Below the pieces are notes generated by a model. The model had not been told where the DNA came from. It did not search any database and was given only the letters and a program-made list of their open reading frames with translations. Shown here piece by piece: positions 32,202 through 39,907 of a DNA stretch of 43,454 bases (position 1 is its first letter; the number at the start of each line of letters is the position of its first letter). A program made the translations under genes and the position numbers. The stretch is from Candidatus Yonathbacteria bacterium (lineage in GTDB: Bacteria > Patescibacteriota > Minisyncoccia > Phycocordibacterales > UBA1550): contig JACQCY010000034.1 of assembly GCA_016201355.1 (NCBI GenBank), positions 1-43,454 of the forward strand, read 5' to 3'.

Positions 32202-33938
32202 TTACAAATATTTTACCATATAAGTGCTTTCGAGCTGGTATCCGCGGTTTTTGTAATATTCACGGGCGCCGATGCCGGAGATAATGACGAGTTTTTCGTA
32301 GCCGGCTTCGCGCGCGATGCGCTCCGCTTCAAGGAGAAGGCGCGTACCGAAGCCAAGATGTTGACTTTGTGTTCCCTTCCCACCAATAGGCACCATACGA
32401 CCATAGGTGTGGAGTTCGCGGACAAGAGCCGAACCGCAAAGTACTTCAAGCGCGCCTCTTTTAAATTCCTCTCCCTTATTATCAGGAAGACGGAGGCGGA
32501 GAAACGAAGCGAGCTTCGGGGAATTAATGTCCGACCTTAGACCCGAATTCTCAAGGTCGGACCTTTCCTCAAATGAAAGAAAAATCTCACGCCCTGTCGT
32601 GGTGCGATAATCAAAACGCGTAAGAGGAAATTTCTCAAAATCTAAAACCATACCACGCACCTCGCGACAGCGGATACAGACACATCGCCAGTTGTTTTTC
32701 TTCATATCCGAAAGAAGCCATTGACGCAAGTTGGAAACCTTGCTCCCCGCTTGAATATACGGAGCGGGGATATCGCGAACCACACGAATAATGCGTACAT
32801 ACTTTGGCACTTGTTTTTTTACTTCTACAAGAACACGCATAAGCTCTTCGTCGGAATAAGGGGTGAACTCTCCTTGTTCCCATAGATCAAAAAGCTCGCT
32901 CCCTTCGAGCACCATACACGGATATATTTTCAGCATATCCGGCTGAAAATTTTCACCGGAAAAAAGCTCGCCGAACATTTCAATGTCACGCGCGGGATTT
33001 GAACCGGGAAGGTTGGGCATCATATGATACACCACCTTAAAACCGGCATTGCGCAAACGCTCGGTGACCAAAGCAACAGTTGATATTTTCATATCGCGTT
33101 TTGTGAATTTTAAAATATCATCATCAAGGTGCTGCACGCCGAGCTCTACTTTTGTGACCCCAAGAATTCTCAAACGCTCGAGCTCAACGGTCGTGATATA
33201 GTCAGGTCGTGTTTCGACAGAAAGGCCAATGATGCGTGTTCCCACAGTTTCGTTTTCTGTTTGAAGCTCTGCAAGGGATTTTGCGCCTTTCGTGGTCTGA
33301 ACACCCCCGACCTCGAGAGTACCCGAGGTCGGGGGTGGGAGAGAAAAATTGTTGCACGCGCGAAAAACTTCAGCAATAAATTCCTCCTGATACACGGGGT
33401 GATAAAAACTCCATGTTCCGCCAATAATGATTATTTCCACCTTATCAGTTTCGTGACCGTTCATTACAAGCGCGCGGAGGCGATTGGTTACCTGTTCATA
33501 CGGATCAAAATCATTCGCAAGAGCTCTCGCCGCAGCTGGCTCTTTTGAAAGATAACTCTTGGGCATTCTCGCCTCGGTCGGGCAATACACGCAACGCCCC
33601 GGACAAGGGAACTCTTTGGTGAGAAGCGATACCACGGCAACCCCTGAATTACTCCTCGTTTTAATTTTTTTCAACACCGCTTCCGTATCTAAATTTAAGG
33701 GTTCTTCCCCTCTAGCAACAAGAGCGCGATAAAAAGCCAGTATTTCTGCATTGGTGGGCATCTTTAGCTCCCCCGCCGTACTTCCCTGCCCAAAACGGCT
33801 TGCTGAAATTAGTCGGCTATCTAATACGAAATTACCCTCGCATACCTCTAAAAAACGCTTATAGAGCGTTTTATCGGCAAGGATATCGCGTTTCAAGCGC
33901 TGTAAATCCTTATCATTTTTAATATCTTGAAAAAGCAT
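32202..33938 (-). CDS. elp3: Elp3-family protein: radical-SAM domain plus C-terminal GNAT acetyltransferase domain (tRNA U34 cm5-modification enzyme homologue)
   Basis: The cysteine cluster is CPGRCVYCP. It also has GGTWSFY, VETRPDYI and VELGVQHLDD, then a GNAT part (VRELHTYG ... QHLGFGTRLLLEAERIAR). The stop codon lies only 5 nt before the gtrA ATG. Confidence 0.85.
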   Translation of the reverse strand: MLFQDIKNDKDLQRLKRDILADKTLYKRFLEVCEGNFVLDSRLISASRFGQGSTAGELKMPTNAEILAFYRALVARGEEPLNLDTEAVLKKIKTRSNSGVAVVSLLTKEFPCPGRCVYCPTEARMPKSYLSKEPAAARALANDFDPYEQVTNRLRALVMNGHETDKVEIIIIGGTWSFYHPVYQEEFIAEVFRACNNFSLPPPTSGTLEVGGVQTTKGAKSLAELQTENETVGTRIIGLSVETRPDYITTVELERLRILGVTKVELGVQHLDDDILKFTKRDMKISTVALVTERLRNAGFKVVYHMMPNLPGSNPARDIEMFGELFSGENFQPDMLKIYPCMVLEGSELFDLWEQGEFTPYSDEELMRVLVEVKKQVPKYVRIIRVVRDIPAPYIQAGSKVSNLRQWLLSDMKKNNWRCVCIRCREVRGMVLDFEKFPLTRFDYRTTTGREIFLSFEERSDLENSGLRSDINSPKLASFLRLRLPDNKGEEFKRGALEVLCGSALVRELHTYGRMVPIGGKGTQSQHLGFGTRLLLEAERIAREAGYEKLVIISGIGAREYYKNRGYQLESTYMVKYL

Positions 33939-34064
33939 TGGGGCAAAACAAAAATTTTAAATTTTAAATTACAAATTTTAAATCAATTTTAAATATCTTA
34001 ATTTTAAAAATTTAGTCATTGAGATTTCATTTAAAATTTAACATTTGAAATTTAAAATTGATTT
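33939..34064. promoter_or_regulatory. Extremely AT-rich intergenic region with reiterated TTTTAAA tracts and a 15-bp inverted repeat. It is probably the promoter region of elp3 and the terminator region of the upstream GT4 gene.
   Basis: TTTTAAA-type tracts start near 33955, 33962, 33976, 33987 and 34002, with more at about 34030 and 34051. The inverted repeat pairs aaatcaattttaaat (33980-33994) with atttaaaattgattt (34050-34064). Confidence 0.5.
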
Positions 34065-35173
34065 CACCTCCTTAGAGCGTCCTCCCACGATTTTCTATAC
34101 AAAGCGAGGTATTCATCTTTTGTGGGAAGACTTAAATGTTTTGGTTTCAATATCACTTCCCCAGATATAACCTGCATAAGCGCGCGAACTAAGGCGTCTT
34201 TATTCCCCACAGGGACAACCATACCATTTTTTCCATTATGCACAACTTCACCAGCGCATCCAACATTGGTCATCACCACAGGACAGTTTGACGCAAGGGC
34301 TTCAGCAACCGTCATCCCATACCCTTCATAATTCGAAGTGAGAAGAAACACATCGGCGGTCTTGTAATAGGAAACGAGACTCTCTTGCCAATCCTCGAAA
34401 ACAATACTAGTGGTAAGGTTTTGGCTTTTAGCTTTTAGGGCAAGGGTGCTCCGCTCTGGTCCGTCGCCAACGATAATAAGCCCGGCCTTAGGGTATCTCT
34501 GAACGAGCTCTTTCATCGCCTCAATGGCAAGCTCTATGTTTTTCTCCGGCGCCAAACGGGATGCCATAAGAATATGTTTTTCAAATTGAGGATATTTTTT
34601 CTTAAGACTATGAGTTGTGGGAGTATCACGAATACGCGCGACATCGACAAAAACGGGCAAAACAGTGATAGGTATTAGGTGTTGGGTGTTAGGTGTTAGG
34701 GAATTCTTAATGCGCAAAGATACGACACGAATAGCATTCGCGCGCGGAATTAAGAATTTTGCAATAATTACTCGTACGCGGTTTACAAGAGACTCATCTT
34801 TAAAATACGGACTCATCATATCGGTATGAATCTGAAGATGAAATTTCGCTCCGATAATACGCGAGATAAGAAATGCAGTAATTCCTGTTTCAAATGGATC
34901 CTGAGAAGACACCACATCAATATCTACCCCCGAGCGCTTCATCACGCGCGCAATATTGACCGCCCGTAACATATATCCAATACGAGTGAGGGTATTCGTA
35001 GGATAAAGAAAAATATTTGGAGGAAATGACTGAGATTCAAACTTCCCTGTTTTTTTTGCAAAGACAATAACATGAATTTCTTCTACCAGTCTGCCGTAAT
35101 CAAGCAGGCGCGACCTCATCGCGCTCCCCTCCTCAAACACTTTTCGGTCTAATGAAATTGATAAGACTTTCAT
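34064..35173 (-). CDS. Glycosyltransferase family 4 (GT-B)
   Basis: The motifs are MASRLAPEKNIELAIEA and EGYGMTVAEALASNCPVVMTNVG (E-x7-E). Confidence 0.85.
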   Translation of the reverse strand: MKVLSISLDRKVFEEGSAMRSRLLDYGRLVEEIHVIVFAKKTGKFESQSFPPNIFLYPTNTLTRIGYMLRAVNIARVMKRSGVDIDVVSSQDPFETGITAFLISRIIGAKFHLQIHTDMMSPYFKDESLVNRVRVIIAKFLIPRANAIRVVSLRIKNSLTPNTQHLIPITVLPVFVDVARIRDTPTTHSLKKKYPQFEKHILMASRLAPEKNIELAIEAMKELVQRYPKAGLIIVGDGPERSTLALKAKSQNLTTSIVFEDWQESLVSYYKTADVFLLTSNYEGYGMTVAEALASNCPVVMTNVGCAGEVVHNGKNGMVVPVGNKDALVRALMQVISGEVILKPKHLSLPTKDEYLALYRKSWEDALRR

Positions 35174-35181
35174 ATTGTTAT

Positions 35182-36288
35182 TTATACAATCTCGCGCACG
35201 AGAGATTCGAGCATCCGTTCATTACTAAACTCCTTTACTTTTTCCTGCGCATTTTTAATGATGTTGTTTCTTAATTCATTATCGGTACGGAGATCTTCCA
35301 CCGCTTTCTCGAGCAATACAGAATCATTATACGGCACCAATATGCCATTCTTGTGGTCATGAATAATCTCTACATTCCCTCCCCGAGAAGTCGTAATAAC
35401 TGGAACTCCAAGCGCCATTACTTCAAGAATTTGGTGCGAAAACCCTTCGTATGCAGTATTGAGCACAAAGACATCGCTTGCTTTGATATACTCAAAAAGT
35501 TCTTCTTGAGAAAGTTTTCCAAGGAGGAATACATTGTCTTCAAGCCCAAACTCAATGATTTTTTTCTCTAATAATCCCCTGTCGGGACCATCCCCCGCAA
35601 TAAAGAGCGATGCATCCGAATTGCGCTTCAAGAGATTCGGCATCGTCTCTATAAGCAAAACGAAGCCTTTCCACGGCACAAGACGACCGATCGAAAGGAT
35701 GCACCACCCTTTCATACCAAGCCTCTTGCGAATGGCTTCTTTATCCTCATTTAGAGACGGAGGGTTGAAACCATTATAGATTACAACAATCTTTTCTTCC
35801 GGCACCCCCCACAACGATACTATCTTTTTTAAGTATTCACTGGGAACAATGATTCTCCTCGCGCCTCGCGCAACGCTTCGCTCAATCTTTTTCCTGATTT
35901 CGGTTTTTACCCCATACTTTTTGTGTTGAAACTCCTCTAAACTTTCTTCGTTCAAATTTCTTCGTTCAACTAATTCCTGCTCCCACGCATAATCCCCCAC
36001 TACTTTAAGATAAAATCCCTTTCGAAGAATTTTAGAAGCAATCATTGCTGGTAACCCGACGGATACGGGGTCCTGAGCATAGATGATGTCAACAAAAAGA
36101 CCGCTCAAGAGGATGTTTAAAAAATAAACAAGATGGCGGATGATTTTTGGCAACTTCAAATAACTTCCAAAATTTACCACGGCAACAGAAAGCCCCCTCT
36201 GGGGGAATTCTTCGAACAAGAGCTTGCTGTAGGTCGCCGGTCCGCCAATCTGTGGAGGGAAAATACCCGTTGCAATCAAAATTTTCAT
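35182..36288 (-). CDS. Glycosyltransferase family 4 (GT-B)
   Basis: The motifs are IGRLVPWKGF and EGFSHQILEVMALGVPVITTSRGG. Confidence 0.85.
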   Translation of the reverse strand: MKILIATGIFPPQIGGPATYSKLLFEEFPQRGLSVAVVNFGSYLKLPKIIRHLVYFLNILLSGLFVDIIYAQDPVSVGLPAMIASKILRKGFYLKVVGDYAWEQELVERRNLNEESLEEFQHKKYGVKTEIRKKIERSVARGARRIIVPSEYLKKIVSLWGVPEEKIVVIYNGFNPPSLNEDKEAIRKRLGMKGWCILSIGRLVPWKGFVLLIETMPNLLKRNSDASLFIAGDGPDRGLLEKKIIEFGLEDNVFLLGKLSQEELFEYIKASDVFVLNTAYEGFSHQILEVMALGVPVITTSRGGNVEIIHDHKNGILVPYNDSVLLEKAVEDLRTDNELRNNIIKNAQEKVKEFSNERMLESLVREIV

Positions 36289-36307
36289 AATATATTCAAA
36301 ACATACG

Positions 36308-37516
36308 CTACGAGAAAAGTTTGTGGAAAACTTTTTCAGACATTTCTTTCACAATCAAGCTCCAATCATATTTTTTGACCACCAAAGTATGTCCGTTGGT
36401 AAAGAGTTTCATCGCAAGATTATGGTCATCAAGGAGGCGGTTCACTTGTCGCGCGATACTTGCCGGATCATCAACAGAAGCGAAAAGCCCTGTTGGCTCA
36501 TGGTCGGGATTGGTATCAGGGTCAAAAAGAAAATCGGGAATACCTCCGACGGGAGTTGCAATCACGGGGAGTCCTGCCGCCATCGCCTCGAGAAATGAAT
36601 TGCCCAATCCTTCTGAACGGGAAGGCCGAATGAAAATATTCGAGATCTTCAAATATTTCGGCATATCGGTATGCAAAACTTGTCCCAAAAAATGCACGCG
36701 ATCTTCAACGCCGAGGTTGCGCGCGAGAAGACGGAGCATCTCTTCGTCAGGCCCTATCCCTAAAACCAAAAATTTTATGTGTTTGCCAAGGAGAGGCAAT
36801 GCGCGAATGACCTCATCAACCGCATTTTTCCGCACCATACGGGAAGTCGTGATGAGAAATTTGTCGCCGTCTCTCTTGCCGAGTTTCTGCTTAAGCGTGA
36901 AGAGCTCTTCGTCTGTATACTCCTGCGCAAAGTGCGCAACATTGACGGCATTAGGAATCACTTCAAGCGGGCCTGCGTACCCCATATCGCGCGCAAAATC
37001 CGCAAGATAGTTTGATATTGTCTGCACGAAATCCGCGCGCGTGAAGATGCGACGGAAGAGCGGGTAGACAAAACGAACGCGACGCTTGATATAGGTAATA
37101 GGGTCTCCTTCTTGCAAAGTGAGGAGATAGCGAACTTTCGGAAAACATACTTTAAAAAATAATGCGCCAAACCCAGCATAACTTGCCATCATCGCCCAAA
37201 TGCCATCATAGGGATTCTTGTGGTGAAGAGAGCGCGCCTTCATAAAAGCAATAAACGGGAATAAATATTTATTCACCGAGAGGGGAAATTTTCCGAGGTC
37301 AGAAATGGAGGGATCGGTGATAGTAAGTCCAATACGATAAACATTCACCTTCCCGATACGCTCGAAAGCAGGAAGACTGCTGTTAAAACGAAGGGTAATC
37401 ATATCAAAAGAAAAATCTTCTGACGGCACACGATCCGTTATCTCTTTGAGAGCAACTTCTGCCCCGCCCACCACATCGGGATAATAAGCGAGAGAAAAAA
37501 TGAGGATTCGTTTCAT
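36308..37516 (-). CDS. Glycosyltransferase family 4 (GT-B)
   Basis: The motifs are TSRMVRKNAVDEVIRA and EGLGNSFLEAMAAGLPVIATPVGG. Confidence 0.85.
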   Translation of the reverse strand: MKRILIFSLAYYPDVVGGAEVALKEITDRVPSEDFSFDMITLRFNSSLPAFERIGKVNVYRIGLTITDPSISDLGKFPLSVNKYLFPFIAFMKARSLHHKNPYDGIWAMMASYAGFGALFFKVCFPKVRYLLTLQEGDPITYIKRRVRFVYPLFRRIFTRADFVQTISNYLADFARDMGYAGPLEVIPNAVNVAHFAQEYTDEELFTLKQKLGKRDGDKFLITTSRMVRKNAVDEVIRALPLLGKHIKFLVLGIGPDEEMLRLLARNLGVEDRVHFLGQVLHTDMPKYLKISNIFIRPSRSEGLGNSFLEAMAAGLPVIATPVGGIPDFLFDPDTNPDHEPTGLFASVDDPASIARQVNRLLDDHNLAMKLFTNGHTLVVKKYDWSLIVKEMSEKVFHKLFS

Positions 37517-37525
37517 ATTGTGGTA

Positions 37526-38413
37526 TTAATTATTATTTAACAGTTCATTGATGTACTTGGTAATTCTTTTCTCCGCGCTCCACCCAAGCTCATTTTTTGC
37601 GCGAGAAAGCTCAAGGGTCGCATTCATACGGTTGCCTTTTCGCAAAGGAAGCATCTCTATTTCTCCACCAAACATTTTTGCAATATCCAGTATACCGTAT
37701 CCTTCTTCTGACCCAAGACCATAATCGTCCCCTTCTCCTTTCTCACCCACCAAAAGAAGTCCCCTGATAATATCATCCACATGGGTAAAATTTCTCACCT
37801 GAGTGCCTGGAGACACAACCGTGAGCGGTTCTTTGTTTTTTGTTTTCTCTTTAAAGATGGCGATAAGGGTCGCATATTTTCCTTCTGAGATCTCTCGCGG
37901 ACCGTACACATTATAAAAATAAGTTATTGCGTAAAGAAGATCAAACCACTTGCCATAGTTCATCACAAGTTCAGTATTGCTTGCTTTTGTCCACGCATAA
38001 GGACTCTGATCTCTTCCCATCCCTCCATCTCCAAATTTTGTGCTCGAACCCGCATAGACAATCTTGCAATTATTTTTCCTACAAAATTCCAAAACTGCAA
38101 AAGTGCCATCTTTGTTATATTCCCAAACAGTAGGCATATCCTCAAAACTCTGCTCCACACGCGAATACTCTCCAAGGTGATAGACGAGGTCAATCTGCTC
38201 GTGGATATGCTTTTCAATATCCTTTGTGTGCCCCTCGCGATATTCCGCTCCATCAATATGGTTCTCCTTCTTTCCGGTAAAATAGTTATCAAGTGAAATA
38301 ACCCTATTACGAGGGTCTTTTACCAGCTGTTCGATAAGATTTGATCCGATAAAACCAGTACCTCCCGTAACGAGTATTGTCTTTTTGAATCCAGCTGACA
38401 TAAAATTCATCAT
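37526..38413 (-). CDS. NAD-dependent nucleotide-sugar epimerase/dehydratase (extended SDR)
   Basis: The motifs are ILVTGGTGFIGSNL, LDNYFTGKKEN and the YAWTK catalytic YxxxK. Alternative ATG starts lie at 38410 and 38401. Confidence 0.85.
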   Translation of the reverse strand: MMNFMSAGFKKTILVTGGTGFIGSNLIEQLVKDPRNRVISLDNYFTGKKENHIDGAEYREGHTKDIEKHIHEQIDLVYHLGEYSRVEQSFEDMPTVWEYNKDGTFAVLEFCRKNNCKIVYAGSSTKFGDGGMGRDQSPYAWTKASNTELVMNYGKWFDLLYAITYFYNVYGPREISEGKYATLIAIFKEKTKNKEPLTVVSPGTQVRNFTHVDDIIRGLLLVGEKGEGDDYGLGSEEGYGILDIAKMFGGEIEMLPLRKGNRMNATLELSRAKNELGWSAEKRITKYINELLNNN

Positions 38414-38425
38414 ACCACGCCTAGG

Positions 38426-39862
38426 CTAAAATGGAAGCGTGGTGTGTGGTGGCGTCTCTTCGTCGCCTTCTTCGTTTCCTTCTATTATTTCAAAAGTATC
38501 AGCAAGGTCGACTTTGGCGCTACGACGAGAAAGACGCGATCCAACGAAAGCAAGAAATCCAAGGATAAGTACTCCCCCGTACCAAAGCCACCACCTTGTC
38601 TTCTTTTCTGGAGCAAGAGTGTTGGAATGAATAAAAGGATCAGAAAACGCATTCAACGCAGATGCTTTTTGTTCTGATGGCAATATCAAGTCAGTTCCCT
38701 GAGAAAGAGCGGATAATTGCCCTGAAGTTTTTTCTGGCAACTTTTCCTTTGAAGGAAGAAGGCTTGTAACAAGAGGAACCACACTCTTCACAAAAGACTC
38801 TACCCGCGTACCATTGGGATAATGAAGCGACACCTCTTCATTAGGGGAGACGATTAACCCCGTTACATCAGAAGCAAAGGACACTTCTTTGCGCGCCCCC
38901 AAAATAGTATGTTGAGGAAAAATAAAATCTTTCCCTCCTTCACGAATAATCCACCCCGAAAGATCCACTTCATTCCCTGATTGATTCTCTATTGAAACAA
39001 ACGAACGACTATTGTCTCCCCCCGTATGTAAAACTAATTGAGGCGCTGACACGATGACACGCACGCGTGTTGACGCAGAATAAAAACCGGATGAAGCATC
39101 GAGTACGACAATATATTCTCCCGGATAATAGTATGTGTGGTTTACGCTCGTACCATCCGACCTAGCGCCGTCACCAAATACCCACACAAAACGAGCATTT
39201 TCAATCGGTTCTTTTTTTAGACCAAAGACTTTCCCCGAAAAAATAATGGGCGCGCCAACGAGAGTGGTACGGACCGCTTCCCCTGCCTCCGCTATTATTT
39301 GAGGTTCTACTGGGAGATTTGAGAGCGATGACGAAGAGGGAGCTGTTGAAGAGATTGATTGCTGAGAAGCTACACCCTGTGAAGAAGTATTGTTATTACT
39401 CACCCCGGGTGAGGGGGTGGCAATACCCCATTCACCAGCCGACATTTTCTGGTAACTCTTTCCGTCGGTAACCGTAGCCCATTCAATTTGATCGATATCA
39501 ACCCCTTTTGAATCTCGTATGCGGACCGTATTGGATTCGGTAAGTGTTAAATTATCAATTACGATATCAGATTTCCCTGATTGACTGCGAGAAACTAAAA
39601 AATAGCCATTCGCCTTGATTATTTTATCTTTTAATTGCGTACTGGTAACGAGAGAATTGAAACTGCTTCCCGTAGCAGTTTTCCTCTGGATATACCAACC
39701 GGTCAAATCGACATCAGAGTCACTGGAATTATAAATTTCTATAAACCTTTCGCTGGTGGGAGATATTTGAATCTCATTAAATATCACCTGCGCGGATACA
39801 ATCCGCGCAAAAAATAACAGTGATACAAAGATTGAAAGTTTTACTATTTGTATTTTTCTCAT
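38426..39862 (-). CDS. Secreted, C-terminally membrane-anchored surface protein: signal peptide, lamin-tail domain (LTD), Ser/Thr-rich linker, PKD-like domain, second LTD-like domain, TM anchor, acidic tail
   Basis: The signal-like N-terminus is KLSIFVSLLFFARIVSAQ. The LTD signature is VIFNEIQISPTSERFIEIYNSSDSDVDLTGWYI. The linker is NNNTSSQGVASQQSISSTAPSSSSLSNL and the PKD-like segment is FGDGARSDGTSVNHTYYYPGEYIVVLD. The second LTD-like segment is FVSIENQSGNEVDLSGWII and the TM anchor is WWLWYGGVLILGFLAFVG. Confidence 0.75.
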   Translation of the reverse strand: MRKIQIVKLSIFVSLLFFARIVSAQVIFNEIQISPTSERFIEIYNSSDSDVDLTGWYIQRKTATGSSFNSLVTSTQLKDKIIKANGYFLVSRSQSGKSDIVIDNLTLTESNTVRIRDSKGVDIDQIEWATVTDGKSYQKMSAGEWGIATPSPGVSNNNTSSQGVASQQSISSTAPSSSSLSNLPVEPQIIAEAGEAVRTTLVGAPIIFSGKVFGLKKEPIENARFVWVFGDGARSDGTSVNHTYYYPGEYIVVLDASSGFYSASTRVRVIVSAPQLVLHTGGDNSRSFVSIENQSGNEVDLSGWIIREGGKDFIFPQHTILGARKEVSFASDVTGLIVSPNEEVSLHYPNGTRVESFVKSVVPLVTSLLPSKEKLPEKTSGQLSALSQGTDLILPSEQKASALNAFSDPFIHSNTLAPEKKTRWWLWYGGVLILGFLAFVGSRLSRRSAKVDLADTFEIIEGNEEGDEETPPHTTLPF

Positions 39863-39907
39863 CTTCTATTTATCTTTTCATTTTTAGCTTTTCGTTTTTA
39901 TTTTTTA

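Noticed and set aside
33939-34064. Reiterated AT-rich motifs considered as a CRISPR array or a replication origin
   Set aside because: The repeat units are 7-15 nt with irregular spacing. There are no spacers of 25-40 nt, no DnaA-box-like TTATCCACA motifs were seen, and no cas or dnaA genes are nearby.
36321-37010. 229-aa plus-strand ORF antisense to the third GT4 gene. Similar cases lie at 3883-4584 (antisense to purB) and 41180-41827 (antisense to the T4CP-like gene).
   Set aside because: These are Arg/Ser/Pro-rich, low-complexity translations opposite genes with clear family motifs. They are typical shadow ORFs in the GC-richer segments.
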